Shown here: positions 47,504-59,212 of the stretch, one piece after another
How the letters are laid out: each line of letters starts with the position of its first letter
Position numbering within the stretch: position 1 is the stretch's first letter
Assembly (NCBI GenBank): GCA_003141835.1
Contig: PLNR01000010.1
Coordinates: 3,768 to 67,767, forward strand
Origin: Candidatus Omnitrophota bacterium
GTDB lineage: Bacteria > Omnitrophota > Gorgyraeia > Pluralincolimonadales > Pluralincolimonadaceae
Reading direction: 5' to 3'
Length of the DNA: 64,000 nucleotides
Made by a program: the position numbers and the translations under genes
Notes under the pieces: generated by a model
What the model was told of the DNA's origin: nothing
Databases searched by the model: none
The model's input: the letters and a program-made list of their open reading frames with translations, nothing else

Positions 47504-48208
47504 GTGACTTTCGATATCTTAAAAATAACGGAAATAATAAAACAGGGGTCGCCCTGGACTTTCGTCGTCGTCTTCTGGGCGGCCGCGGTACTCAGCCTCG
47601 CCTCCTGCACCATAGTCAGGATTCCGGTGCTGGTCGGCCTTATCGGCGGCGCTTCCACGTCCAAAAAGAAGGCGTTCCTGCTGACGCTGTCTTTCGTATC
47701 CGCCCTCGTCCTGAGTTATACGCTTATGGGCGTCATGTTCTCCCTTATAGGCACGCTTGCCGGCCATATGATGAAGTTAAGCCGGTGCTTTTATTATTTC
47801 GCGGCCGTGATCATCCTGCCGGTCGGCCTGCAAATGGCGGGGCTTATTAAGTTCAGGTTCTTTGAGGATGCCGTATCTCGGGTTTTCCAGATACGGCACG
47901 GCGGAATGATCGGCGCTTTCCTGTTCGGGCTCGTCTTTGTCCTGTTCGAGGCGCCGACGTGCCCGGTCTGCGGCCCGTTCCTCCTGGTCATCGCGAGCCT
48001 CGGGATCCTGAAGCAGAACATAATCTATTGCATCCTGCTGTTCTTCACCTACGCGCTCGGCCAGTCGTTCCCGATAATACTGGTCGGCGTATTCAGCGGT
48101 ATCGTCAAATATATCAGCCCCAAAGTGGAGGCTGTGGAGAAGGTCGCCTCGATAATAGGCGGAAATATACTCATAGTGCTGGGCATATTCCTGTTCATAC
48201 TGGGATGA
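47504..48208 (+). CDS. CcdA/DsbD-like thiol:disulfide interchange transmembrane protein
   Basis: About 6 TM segments. Cys pairs in TM regions (CTIVRIP...; CPVCGP). About 230 aa. Confidence 0.5.
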   Translation: MTFDILKITEIIKQGSPWTFVVVFWAAAVLSLASCTIVRIPVLVGLIGGASTSKKKAFLLTLSFVSALVLSYTLMGVMFSLIGTLAGHMMKLSRCFYYFAAVIILPVGLQMAGLIKFRFFEDAVSRVFQIRHGGMIGAFLFGLVFVLFEAPTCPVCGPFLLVIASLGILKQNIIYCILLFFTYALGQSFPIILVGVFSGIVKYISPKVEAVEKVASIIGGNILIVLGIFLFILG

Positions 48209-48696
48209 CCATGATAGAGATAGGAAAAAAAAGAAATTATATCATAAGCGCGGTGATCATCGCGGTATCGTTCATCGCGCTGAGGCCGGCGCTCGCGTAC
48301 CTCCTTTACAGGCGGGCGGGGGATTATATGAGCGCGAGGATCGTACCCGACGCGGCGAGGAGTTATGAGAAGGCGATCGCCTTTAACGGAAAAGACGTCG
48401 ACTCCAGGAACTGGCTGGCGTATTGCTACAGCCTCATGGGCCGCGACGATAAGGCCTTAGTCGAATACAAGAAAGCGATAGAGCTTGACCCCGACGATGC
48501 CGTCGCCCTTTTCGACGCCGGGATGATCTATAAAAAGGCCGGGGACTTAAAGTCGGCGAAGGAATATCTCTCGAAAGCGGCGGTTGCGGAGAAAAGCCCG
48601 AATGTCACCGACCAGAATTACAAGTTTTTCACTAAGTCCGCCGGGACGATGCTGGAGATCATAGCGAAGGCGGAAAAGAAACGCGCCGCCCCGTAG
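48205..48696 (+). CDS. Membrane-anchored TPR-repeat protein
   Basis: N-terminal TM (YIISAVIIAVSFIAL) then TPR-like AxxYxxAIxxxP repeats. The ATG overlaps the ccdA-like stop. Confidence 0.6.
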   Translation: MTMIEIGKKRNYIISAVIIAVSFIALRPALAYLLYRRAGDYMSARIVPDAARSYEKAIAFNGKDVDSRNWLAYCYSLMGRDDKALVEYKKAIELDPDDAVALFDAGMIYKKAGDLKSAKEYLSKAAVAEKSPNVTDQNYKFFTKSAGTMLEIIAKAEKKRAAP

Positions 48697-48700
48697 CGGC

Positions 48701-48729
48701 TTGACAGGCCTCCGGCGGTATGATATATT
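48701..48729 (+). promoter_or_regulatory. Promoter TTGACA-17-TATATT for the hnd operon
   Basis: TTGACA 48701-48706, TATATT 48724-48729, about 57-nt leader. Confidence 0.5.
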
Positions 48730-48786
48730 AGCATTCCTAGTTTCCCACCGGGGGCCTTTAACCAAACTTCGGAGACAAAAACCAAG

Positions 48787-49269
48787 ATGCGCGAAGAGAA
48801 ACTATCCGTCGATATCGAGAATATCGTCAAGAAATGGGAGGGCAAGAAGGGCAGCCTGATCATGATCCTGCACGATATCCAGAACCTCTACGGATACGTC
48901 CCGCGCGCGACGTCGCTCCAGCTTTCGAACTACCTCGAGGTCCCGCTCGCCAGGATATACGAAGTCATCACCTTTTACCATTTCTTCAAACTTGAGCCGC
49001 CCGGCAAGCACCTGATACAGGTCTGCATGGGCACGGCCTGCTATCTCAAGGGCGCCTCGGACCTGCTCCATGAATTGCGCGATATACTCGGCGTCAGGGA
49101 AGGGACAACCACCAAAGACGGGCTTTTCCGCCTCGAGGTCGTAAGGTGCCTCGGCTGCTGCGGGCTCGCCCCGGTCGTAAAGGTAGACAGCAAGGTCTAC
49201 AGCAAGGTCACGAAAGACCGCGTTGCGGACATACTCTCCGAATATGAACAGGAAGCGGCCGTCAAATGA
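48787..49269 (+). CDS. hndA: [FeFe]-hydrogenase NuoE-like [2Fe-2S] subunit (HndA/HydC type)
   Basis: Thioredoxin-like 2Fe-2S pattern CMGTACYLKG...CLGCCGLAP. Confidence 0.8.
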   Translation: MREEKLSVDIENIVKKWEGKKGSLIMILHDIQNLYGYVPRATSLQLSNYLEVPLARIYEVITFYHFFKLEPPGKHLIQVCMGTACYLKGASDLLHELRDILGVREGTTTKDGLFRLEVVRCLGCCGLAPVVKVDSKVYSKVTKDRVADILSEYEQEAAVK

Positions 49270-49628
49270 GCAAGATAACAAAAGAAGAACTTGATAATAT
49301 AGCGAAACAGCCGAAAAAAGAAGATAAGGACTGGATAAAGGTCGGGATGTCGAGCTGCGGCATCGCGGCCGGCGCCGAAGAGGTCTTCAAGACGCTCACC
49401 GAAGAGGTGAAGAAGAGGAACATCCAGGTCGCGATAAAGAAATGCGGCTGCGTCGGGATGTGCTCGGTCGAGCCGCTCGTCGAGGTGAACGTCGAGGGGA
49501 TGCCGCAGGTTACCTACGGCAAGGTGGACAAGGACGTCGCGATACAGATATTGGACGACCACATACACAACCACAGGCTGGTCAACGACCATATTTACGA
49601 TATACAGGTAAAGAAGGCTGATGGATAA
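49266..49628 (+). CDS. hndB: Small thioredoxin-like [2Fe-2S] ferredoxin subunit (HndB type)
   Basis: MSSCGIAAGA...KCGCVGMC Cys pattern. 120 aa. Sits between the NuoE-like and NuoF-like genes. Confidence 0.65.
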   Translation: MSKITKEELDNIAKQPKKEDKDWIKVGMSSCGIAAGAEEVFKTLTEEVKKRNIQVAIKKCGCVGMCSVEPLVEVNVEGMPQVTYGKVDKDVAIQILDDHIHNHRLVNDHIYDIQVKKADG

Positions 49629-51360
49629 GAAGATAGTATTCATAAAGGATACCGGGATATCGCTGCCGGAGAGGACAAAGGACGTCTACGCGGCCTTCCT
49701 TAACGGCCTCCGCGACCGCGGCATGCAGGATTCGGTGATGGCCGTTCGCGTCGCCGATATCGGCGCCTATAGCCAGGGCGTGGTGATAAAGGTCCTCCCG
49801 GACACGACTTATTACAACGTCAAAGACGCGGATATCAACCGCATCATAGATTCCATAAAAGAGGGCAAGGCCGTCCAGGACCTCGCAACGCGCAAGGAAG
49901 CCAAACAATTAAGGATAGTCCTGAGGAACTGCGGCGTTGTCGACCCGGATAATATCGACGATTATCTCGCAAGGGACGGTTACCAGTCGATAAAGAAAGT
50001 CCTCTTTGAATTAAAGACGCAGGAAAAAGTTATAGACGAGATAAAGAAGAGCGGCCTTCGCGGCAGGGGCGGCGCAGGATACCCGACGTGGATGAAGTGG
50101 AATTTCGCGAAACAGATGGCCGCAGACCAGAAATACGTCATCTGCAACGGCGATGAGGGCGACCCGGGCGCTTACATGGACAGGAGCGTGCTCGAGGGCG
50201 ACCCGTACTCGGTAGTCGAGGGGATGATGATCGCCGGTTTTTCTATCGGGGCCACAAAAGGATATTTTTATATCAGGGCGGAATACCCGCTCGCTGTCGA
50301 CAGGATCCAGAATGCCATTGACCGCTGTTACGAGCGCGGGCTCCTGGGCAACAATATATTAGGAAGCAGTTTTAATTTCGACCTCGAGATAAGGCTCGGC
50401 GCCGGCGCTTTCGTCTGCGGCGAGGAGACGGCGCTCATAGCGTCGATCGAGGGGAGGAGAGGAACGCCTCATCCGCGTCCCCCGTATCCTTCGGTAAAGG
50501 GCCTCTGGGGCAGCCCGACGGTAATAAATAACGTCGAGACGCTCGCCAACGTCCCTTATATCATACTTAAAGGCGGAGATGTATTCGCCCGCGTCGGCAC
50601 GGCGACATCGAAAGGCACGAAAGTCTTCGCGCTGACAGGCAAGATAAAAAATTCCGGGCTCGTCGAGGTCCCCATGGGCACGACTATCCGCGAGATAGTA
50701 TTCGATATAGGCGGCGGCATATTCAATAACAAGGCGATCAAGGCGATACAGACAGGCGGCCCGTCCGGCGGCGTTATCCCTAAGGATTTTCTCGATACGC
50801 CGGTAGATTACGAGAACCTCCAGAAGCTCGGCTCCATAATGGGCTCAGGCGGCATGATAGTCATGGACGAGGACGACTGCATGGTCGATATCGCGAGGTT
50901 CTACCAGAGGTTCTGCTTTGAAGAGTCGTGCGGCAAGTGCTCGCCCTGCAGGATCGGCACGGCGCAGATGCTCAACACCTTGAGCAAGATCGCGGAGGGC
51001 CTGGGAGAATTGAGCGACCTTGATAATTTACGGAGGATATCGCAGGCGATGCAGAAAGCCGCGCTCTGCGGCCTCGGCCAGACCGCGCCGAACCCGGTCG
51101 TCTCAACGCTAAGATATTACCAGGACGAATACGAAGTCCATATCATCAACAAGAAATGCCCGTCGAAGAAATGCCGCAACCTTTTGAGCTATAAGATCAT
51201 CCCCGAGAAATGCAAGAAGTGCTCGGTCTGCATGATGAACTGCGAGGCGAAGGCGATAACCGGCAACAAAGACGACGGCTATACCATAGACATGAACAAA
51301 TGCGTCCGCTGCGGAAAATGTTTCGAGGTCTGCAAGTTCAAGGCGGTATCAAAGGAATAA
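49621..51360 (+). CDS. hndC: NuoF-like NAD(P)H-binding flavoprotein subunit with N-terminal 2Fe-2S and C-terminal 2x[4Fe-4S] domains (HndC type)
   Basis: GRGGAGYPT FMN/NADH site. ESCGKCSPCR 4Fe-4S motif. C-terminal CxxCxxCxxxC repeated twice. Confidence 0.85.
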   Translation: MDKKIVFIKDTGISLPERTKDVYAAFLNGLRDRGMQDSVMAVRVADIGAYSQGVVIKVLPDTTYYNVKDADINRIIDSIKEGKAVQDLATRKEAKQLRIVLRNCGVVDPDNIDDYLARDGYQSIKKVLFELKTQEKVIDEIKKSGLRGRGGAGYPTWMKWNFAKQMAADQKYVICNGDEGDPGAYMDRSVLEGDPYSVVEGMMIAGFSIGATKGYFYIRAEYPLAVDRIQNAIDRCYERGLLGNNILGSSFNFDLEIRLGAGAFVCGEETALIASIEGRRGTPHPRPPYPSVKGLWGSPTVINNVETLANVPYIILKGGDVFARVGTATSKGTKVFALTGKIKNSGLVEVPMGTTIREIVFDIGGGIFNNKAIKAIQTGGPSGGVIPKDFLDTPVDYENLQKLGSIMGSGGMIVMDEDDCMVDIARFYQRFCFEESCGKCSPCRIGTAQMLNTLSKIAEGLGELSDLDNLRRISQAMQKAALCGLGQTAPNPVVSTLRYYQDEYEVHIINKKCPSKKCRNLLSYKIIPEKCKKCSVCMMNCEAKAITGNKDDGYTIDMNKCVRCGKCFEVCKFKAVSKE

Positions 51361-51361
51361 A

Positions 51362-53113
51362 ATGGCAAAATCCATACAAGCGAAGATAAACGACATATTC
51401 ATCAAAGTCCCCGAGGGGACGACAATACTCGAGGCGGCCAAGAGCGTCCAGATAAAGATACCGACGCTGTGCAAGCATCCCGACCTGCCGCCGTCAGCTT
51501 CGTGCGGCATCTGCGTGGTAAAGGCGAAGGGCTCGAACAAGATGCTCAGGGCCTGCTGCACGCCTCTCGACGAGGGCATGGAGATAACGACCCACGATCC
51601 CGAAATAGTCGCGATAAGGAGGAGCGTCCTCGAACTGATACTTTCGAACCATCCCAACGACTGCCTTATCTGCGGACGCAACAATAACTGCGAACTCCAG
51701 AAGATAGTCGCGGATTTCGGCATCTCGGAAGAATATTTCCCGAAGATAAAGCGCGACCTTCCGATGGATGACTCGACCAAGGCCGTCGTCCTCGAGCCGG
51801 AAAAATGCATTTTGTGCGGCAGGTGCATCTATGTCTGCCAGGATATGCAGGATGTATGGGCGCTCTCGTTCCTCCAGCGCGGCATAAAGACAAGGTTCTC
51901 CCCGGCCGGCGATATAACGTTGGCCGAGTCGCCGTGCATAAAGTGCGGCCAGTGCTCGGCGCATTGCCCGACCGGCGCTATCGTCGAATACTTCGACGTG
52001 CCGAAGGTCTGGAAGGCGCTCGAGAATCCCGATAAATATTGCGTAGTGCAGATCGCCCCGGCTGTCAGGGCCTCCATAGGTGAGGCGTTCGGGGTCGCGG
52101 GAAAAAATTTCACGGGGAAATTATACGCGTTATTGAGGAGGCTCGGTTTCAAGGCGGTATTCGATACGAGCTTCGCGGCCGATGTCACTATCATGGAAGA
52201 GGCGAGCGAGTTCGAGCAGAGGTTCGTGAAGGGCACAAAGCCGCTTCCGTTGATCACGACCTGCTGCCCGTCGTGGGTGGATTTCATGGAGAAGTTCCAC
52301 ACCGACATGATCGAACATTTCTCGTCCTGCAAGTCTCCGCACGAGATCCTCGGCGTGCTCTCTAAGACATACTACGCCTCGAAAAACAACATTGACCCTT
52401 CGAAGATAGTAATGGTCTCGGTAATGCCCTGCACCGCAAAGAAATACGAGATAACCAGGACCGACGAGATGTCTGCCTCGGGATATCAGGACGTCGACAT
52501 CGTCATGACGACAAGGGAGCTCGCGCTGATGATAAAACAGGCGGGCATAGATTTCATGAACCTTCCCGATGAAGAATCGGACACGATACTCGGCGAATAC
52601 GCCGGCGCCGGAGTCATCTTCGGTTCGACCGGCGGCGTCATGGAAGCCGCGTTAAGGACAGCGAATTATTTCATAACCGGCGAAGAGTTGAAGAAAGTCG
52701 ACCTTGATGTAGTCAGGGGCCTTAAGAGGGTAAAAGAGGGCGAGATCGAAGTCGGCGGCAAGAAAGTCCGCGTTGCGGTCGCGCACGGCATGGCGAACGT
52801 CGAATATGTTTTAAATAAAGTAAGGGAAGCGAAGAAGGCGGGCAAGGAATTGCCCTACCATTTTATCGAAGTAATGGCATGCCCGGGCGGCTGCGTCGGA
52901 GGCGGCGGGCAGCCGTACATGGTAACCGACGAGGTCAGGACTCTCAGGGCCGCGGCGCTATATGAAGACGACAAGACCAAAGCGGTGCGGTGCTCGCACC
53001 AGAACCCGTATATAAAGAGGCTTTACAAGGAATTCCTGGAGAAGCCGTTGAGCGAAAAATCCGAGAAACTTCTCCACACGACCTACAAAGGCCGTCCCAT
53101 CTACAAGAGATAG
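51362..53113 (+). CDS. hndD: [FeFe]-hydrogenase catalytic subunit (HndD/HydA type): N-terminal 2Fe-2S and 4Fe-4S domains, then the H-cluster domain
   Basis: H-cluster motifs L1 TTCCPSW, L2 MPCTAKKYE, L3 EVMACPGGCVGGGGQP. Confidence 0.9.
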   Translation: MAKSIQAKINDIFIKVPEGTTILEAAKSVQIKIPTLCKHPDLPPSASCGICVVKAKGSNKMLRACCTPLDEGMEITTHDPEIVAIRRSVLELILSNHPNDCLICGRNNNCELQKIVADFGISEEYFPKIKRDLPMDDSTKAVVLEPEKCILCGRCIYVCQDMQDVWALSFLQRGIKTRFSPAGDITLAESPCIKCGQCSAHCPTGAIVEYFDVPKVWKALENPDKYCVVQIAPAVRASIGEAFGVAGKNFTGKLYALLRRLGFKAVFDTSFAADVTIMEEASEFEQRFVKGTKPLPLITTCCPSWVDFMEKFHTDMIEHFSSCKSPHEILGVLSKTYYASKNNIDPSKIVMVSVMPCTAKKYEITRTDEMSASGYQDVDIVMTTRELALMIKQAGIDFMNLPDEESDTILGEYAGAGVIFGSTGGVMEAALRTANYFITGEELKKVDLDVVRGLKRVKEGEIEVGGKKVRVAVAHGMANVEYVLNKVREAKKAGKELPYHFIEVMACPGGCVGGGGQPYMVTDEVRTLRAAALYEDDKTKAVRCSHQNPYIKRLYKEFLEKPLSEKSEKLLHTTYKGRPIYKR

Positions 53114-53208
53114 CCTGGGGGACGTCCCATTGGGGGACACCCCATTTTATACCTGCGGTGAAGAGCGACAACGCTCTGAGGCCAAGGGGCTGAAAGTAGC
53201 ATATATTA

Positions 53209-53236
53209 GCCCGGCTTCGCCATGCCGGGCTTTTTT
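53209..53236 (+). terminator. Rho-independent terminator GCCCGGC-loop-GCCGGGC followed by T6
   Basis: Perfect 7-bp GC stem at 53209-53215 / 53224-53230, then TTTTTT. It directly abuts the RBS of the next gene. Confidence 0.7.
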
Positions 53237-53250
53237 AATGCGGAGGAAAA

Positions 53251-53502
53251 ATGAACAAGAGGCTGGGATTTATGGGGATAATAGTGACTGACAGGAACAA
53301 GCAGGCCGGCGAGGTCAATAAGATCCTCTCCGAGTTCGGGAATATTATCCAAGGAAGGATGGGTATCCCGTACAAAGAGAGGAATTGCTCGATAATAACG
53401 CTCATCGTAGACGCATCGACCGACGATGTCGGCGCGCTGACCGGAAGGCTTGGGCTGATACCCGGCGTATCGGTAAAATCGGCGCTAAGCAAAGGTAAAT
53501 AA
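53251..53502 (+). CDS. TM1266-like small protein (putative iron-only hydrogenase system regulator family)
   Basis: 83 aa, MNKRLGFMGIIVTDR...IITLIVDAS pattern. Position immediately upstream of the hyd maturase genes. Confidence 0.55.
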   Translation: MNKRLGFMGIIVTDRNKQAGEVNKILSEFGNIIQGRMGIPYKERNCSIITLIVDASTDDVGALTGRLGLIPGVSVKSALSKGK

Positions 53503-54883
<1,381 letters not shown>

Positions 54884-54900
<17 letters not shown>

Positions 54901-56137
54901 ATCGTTAAGGTTGCAGATAGGCATCTTCGGCCGGACGAACGTCGGCAAATCGAGCTTCCTTAATATGGTAGCCGGCCAGGACGTGGCGATAACCTCGCCG
55001 GTCGCCGGCACGACGACTGATGTGGTCGAGAAATCGATGGAGCTTTTGCCGGTCGGCCCGGTGGTTTTCCTCGATACTGCCGGCCTCGACGATAAGTCCG
55101 AGCTCTCTTCGGCGCGCCTCAGCAAAACGAAGAAGATCTTCGACCGTTCGGATGTCGTGATACTCATAATCGAGCCGGGGATATGGACCGATTATGAGGA
55201 CGCGGTCCTGGCTGAGGCGAATAAACGCAAGATACCGGTTATCGCGGCTATAAATAAGATCGACCTCGGGATGCCGGCGGCCGCATTCGTCAATAATATC
55301 ATTAAAAAGATAAACAGGGTCATCCTCTGTTCGAGCGTGAACGGCAAGGGCAGGGACAAGAGCGTAAATGAATTAAAAAAATACCTGCTCGAGGCCTGCC
55401 CCGAAGATTTCTTTAATCCGGCCGCGCTTATCGGCGATCTGCTCCCGGCAGGCGGGCTCGCAGTCCTCATCGTCCCGATAGACCTGCAGGCGCCGAAAGG
55501 CCGTCTCATACTTCCGCAGGTCCAGACGATACGCGACGCGCTCGACAACGATTCGTCCGCGCTCGTCGTGAAAGAGAGAGAATACGCGTCCGCGCTCGCC
55601 AGGCTAAAATCGCCGCCGGATATAGTTGTCTGCGATTCTCAGGTCGTATTAAAGATGGTCGCGGATACGCCGCCGTCAATTAAATGCACGACATTTTCTA
55701 TTTTATTTTCCCGGTATAAAGGCGACCTCATCGAGGCGGCAAAGGGAGCCGCGGCCATAGGAACGCTGAAGCCCGGAGATAAGGTATTGATCGCCGAAGC
55801 TTGCAGCCACCACGCGATAGAAGACGACATCGGCCGCGTGAAGATCCCGCGCTGGCTAAGGCAATACGTCGGCGGAGACCTGACGGTCGATATCTGTTCG
55901 GGCCGCGATTACCCTGATAACCTGAAGGAATATAAACTGGTGATCCATTGCGGCGGCTGCATGATAACGCGCCGCGAGATGCTCAGCCGTATAGAAAAAG
56001 CGAAAGAGGCGGGTGTGCCGATAACAAATTACGGGCTCGCCATATCCGTTTCACAGGGCGTGGTAAAAAGGGTGCTCTCGCCGTTCCCGGCGGCCCTCGA
56101 CGCTTTTGAAATAATGACGAAAAAGGAGAAGAGATGA
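54884..56137 (+). CDS. hydF: [FeFe]-hydrogenase maturation GTPase HydF
   Basis: N-terminal GTPase (GRTNVGKSS G1, DTAG G3, NKID G4). C-terminal CxH...HC cluster-binding pattern (EACSHH...HCGGC). Confidence 0.85.
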
Positions 56138-57516
56138 AATACATAGACAATAACAGGATACAGGACCTGCTCAACAACGCGGGCAAGGCCGGCGAAGATA
56201 AGATCGAGGAGATGCTGAAGAAATCCCGCTCGCTCAAGCGACTTTCGCTCGAGGAGACGGCCGCGCTTTTGGCGGTCAACGACCCGCGCCTGGTAAAAAA
56301 GATACACGAGGCCGCGGCTTACGTCAAGAACGCCATCTACGGCAACCGCGTTGTCCTGTTCGCCCCACTTTATATCTCTAATTTTTGCGCGAACAAGTGC
56401 GTCTACTGCGCGTTCCAGTCCGGGAATGCCGAATTAAAAAGGAAATACCTTAACGCCGCCGAGATCCGCGAGCAGGTCGAGTGGCTGTTGAAGAGAGGGC
56501 ACAAGCGCATCCTCGTAGTCGCCGGCGAGTCGGGCGTCCCGGGGAAAACCGCCATCGAATATTATACCGAGGCGGTCGAGGCCGCGTATTCGGCGCGCGT
56601 CGGCCCGCACTATATAAAGAGGGTGAATATAAATTGCGCGCCCCTTTCCGTAGAGGATTTTAAAAAACTCAAGGCCGCGAACATCGGCACATTCCAGTTA
56701 TTCCAGGAGACCTATCACGACGAGACATACAGGAAATGCCACATTAAAGGGCCGAAGAGCGACCCTGACAACCGCCTCGACGCCATCGACCGCGCTTTCG
56801 CGGCCGGAATCGACGACGTCGGCATAGGGCCGCTTTACGGGCTTTACGATTACAGGTTCGAGACTCTGGCGATGATGATGCATATCGAGCACCTCGAGAA
56901 AAAATTCAACGTCGGCCCGCACACGATATCGGTTCCGCGCATCGAGCCTGCGGTGGGGTCAGAGTTTTCACTCCATCCCCCATACCAGGTCTCAGATGAC
57001 GATTTCAAGAAACTCGTCGCCGTCATCCGCCTGTCGGTCCCGTATACCGGGATGATACTTACGACGAGGGAGACGGCAGAGATGAGGGACCAGGTCATAA
57101 GCCTCGGCATTTCGCAGATAAGCGCCGGATCGAAGACCTCGCCCGGCGGATATTCAGACAGCGAGAAATGGGACGGACAGTTTGCCACGAGCGACAAGCG
57201 CAACCTTGAAGAGCTCGTCGGAATGCTCATTGAGAAAAATTATATCCCGAGCTTCTGCGCCGCCTGCTACCGCAGGGAGAGGACAGGGGAGAACTTCATG
57301 AGCCTGGCAAAGCCCGGCCTCATCAAGGGCATGTGCAGCATCAACGCGCTCGTGACGCTCAAGGAATACCTCGCCGACTTCGCCTCGCCAAAAGTAAAAG
57401 AAGCGGGCTATAAACTTATCGAGCGCGAGACCGCCAAGCTCGACGAAAAATCCCGCGCGCAAATATCAAAGTTATTCTCCGCGGTCGATGCGGGCATGCG
57501 TGATGAATATGTATGA
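56134..57516 (+). CDS. hydG: [FeFe]-hydrogenase maturase HydG (radical SAM tyrosine lyase)
   Basis: CANKCVYCAF CxxxCxxC motif. C-terminal auxiliary cluster motif CAACYRRERTGE. 460 aa. Confidence 0.85.
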   Translation: MKYIDNNRIQDLLNNAGKAGEDKIEEMLKKSRSLKRLSLEETAALLAVNDPRLVKKIHEAAAYVKNAIYGNRVVLFAPLYISNFCANKCVYCAFQSGNAELKRKYLNAAEIREQVEWLLKRGHKRILVVAGESGVPGKTAIEYYTEAVEAAYSARVGPHYIKRVNINCAPLSVEDFKKLKAANIGTFQLFQETYHDETYRKCHIKGPKSDPDNRLDAIDRAFAAGIDDVGIGPLYGLYDYRFETLAMMMHIEHLEKKFNVGPHTISVPRIEPAVGSEFSLHPPYQVSDDDFKKLVAVIRLSVPYTGMILTTRETAEMRDQVISLGISQISAGSKTSPGGYSDSEKWDGQFATSDKRNLEELVGMLIEKNYIPSFCAACYRRERTGENFMSLAKPGLIKGMCSINALVTLKEYLADFASPKVKEAGYKLIERETAKLDEKSRAQISKLFSAVDAGMRDEYV

Positions 57517-58480
57517 TGCAAAGGAGATCGAACGGCTGCTTTCGCTCGAGGATGAAAAGTCGCTTCAGGAGCTTTATGAAGCGGCCGATAAAGTCCGTCA
57601 TGAATACGTAGGCGACGCGATACTCCTGCGCGGGCTTGTCGAGTTCTCAAATTATTGCGGAAAACATTGTTACTATTGCGGGCTCAACGCGACTAACAGG
57701 TCTCTCGAAAGATACCGCCTGACAAAAGAGGAGATACTTGAGAGCATCGAGCGGATCGCCGCCGCAAATATCAAGACCGTCGTCCTGCAGTCGGGCGAGA
57801 ATCCTACGCTGAGGCCCGAGTGGCTTGCCGGCCTCATTAAAGATATAAAATCAAGATATGAGATCGCGGTGACTCTATCCGTAGGCGAGAGGCCGCGGGA
57901 AGATTATAAATTATGGAAGGATGCCGGCGCTGACAGGTATCTTCTTAAGATCGAGACCTCGGAGAAGGCGCTTTACAATTCCCTGCACTATGGCATGGAT
58001 TTCGAGAACCGCCTGCGCTGCCTGCGCGACCTGAAAGGCCTGGGTTACGAGACCGGCTCCGGCATAATGGTCGGCCTTCCCGGGCAGACCTTGCATTCCA
58101 TAGCGAATGACATATTATTTTTCAAAAAATGGGATTTTGACATGATAGGCATAGGGCCTTTCATCCCTCACGGTAAAACGCCGTTCGCGGACAAGCAGGC
58201 CGGCGGTGTGAACCTCGTCCTTAAAACGCTGGCGCTCACCCGCATCGCCGTGAAAAGGGCGAACCTCCCGGCTACCACCGCGCTCGGCAGTTTAGGAAAG
58301 GATTTCAGGGTAGAGGGGCTGAAGGCCGGCGCCAACGTGCTCATGCCTAATTTCACGCCCGCGCCTTACAAGAAATTATACGAGATCTACCCCAATAAAA
58401 GATGCATCAGCGAATCGACCGGCGCCTGCGGCCCGTGCATGGAGTCCATCGCCGCCTCGATAGGCCGTACTGTTGCCTGA
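57503..58480 (+). CDS. hydE: [FeFe]-hydrogenase maturase HydE (radical SAM, biotin-synthase-like)
   Basis: Collinear by eye with Thermotoga HydE (FSNYCGKHCYYCGL, GYETGSGIMVGLPGQT, IPATTALGS). The start overlaps the hydG 3' end. Confidence 0.85.
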   Translation: MNMYDAKEIERLLSLEDEKSLQELYEAADKVRHEYVGDAILLRGLVEFSNYCGKHCYYCGLNATNRSLERYRLTKEEILESIERIAAANIKTVVLQSGENPTLRPEWLAGLIKDIKSRYEIAVTLSVGERPREDYKLWKDAGADRYLLKIETSEKALYNSLHYGMDFENRLRCLRDLKGLGYETGSGIMVGLPGQTLHSIANDILFFKKWDFDMIGIGPFIPHGKTPFADKQAGGVNLVLKTLALTRIAVKRANLPATTALGSLGKDFRVEGLKAGANVLMPNFTPAPYKKLYEIYPNKRCISESTGACGPCMESIAASIGRTVA

Positions 58481-58524
58481 ATTTTGTGCTATAATCTATC
58501 CATAACTTACAGGAGGGGGATAAG

Positions 58525-59160
58525 ATGAACAAGACGGTGCTTGTCGCGGTGATTTTGTTCGGTTTTGCATTAGTCGGCGCGGCCGGAATAGCGCGCGCCG
58601 CTTCATCGGATTTTTTCACGGACACCATAGAAGATTCCAGCGGCCAGTATATGTATTCCTATGGCGGCGGGACGACTTTCGATATAGAGAAGGCCGGCGC
58701 CCACTCAGGCGAAGCGTGCCTGAAAGCGGTTTTCGATTGCACAACATGGTCGGGAGTGGTCGTAGGGCACAATCCCCTGATCCCGCTGGTCGACCTGACA
58801 AAGCTCAATAAAGCCGCGGTCGAGTTCTGGGTCAAAGGCGCCGAGGGCGGAGAGAATTTTGAGGTACAATTGGTCGATTCCGATGATACCGACCACAACA
58901 AGACCGAAGTAGGCGTGATGGCCACACCGACTTACGTCAAGACAACCAAAGATTGGCAGAAAGTCACCATACCGGTTAACGCGTTTCCCAAGAAAGGGCA
59001 GTACTGGGATGGCGAGAAGAACAAGATGGTAACGAACGTCGATTTCAATCCCGCCGAGCTTAAAGAGATAAAATTCGCGGTCGGGCCCAAATATAACGCG
59101 GGCAAGTCCTCGGTAACGATTTACATCGACGACCTGAAGATCGTCGAACTGCCGTTATAA
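58525..59160 (+). CDS. Secreted standalone CBM-like beta-sandwich domain protein (third paralog)
   Basis: Signal peptide with ARA cleavage site. C-terminal SVTIYIDDLKIV motif shared with 11716..12333 and the N-domain of 12311..15400. Extended -10 TGCTATAAT and AGGAGGGGG RBS upstream. Confidence 0.6.
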   Translation: MNKTVLVAVILFGFALVGAAGIARAASSDFFTDTIEDSSGQYMYSYGGGTTFDIEKAGAHSGEACLKAVFDCTTWSGVVVGHNPLIPLVDLTKLNKAAVEFWVKGAEGGENFEVQLVDSDDTDHNKTEVGVMATPTYVKTTKDWQKVTIPVNAFPKKGQYWDGEKNKMVTNVDFNPAELKEIKFAVGPKYNAGKSSVTIYIDDLKIVELPL

Positions 59161-59175
59161 TTTTAGTATAAATCG

Positions 59176-59209
59176 GGGACGTTTCATTGTAAAAGCGTCC
59201 CTGATTTTT
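59176..59209 (+). terminator. Intrinsic terminator GGGACG(TTT)...(AAAAG)CGTCCC followed by a T-rich tract
   Basis: Stem of 6-9 bp, then TGATTTTT. Confidence 0.5.
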
Positions 59210-59212
59210 AAC

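Noticed and set aside
51829-52332. 167-aa minus-strand ORF and other minus ORFs within hndC/hndD
   Set aside because: Antisense to genes that carry unambiguous H-cluster and NuoF motifs.
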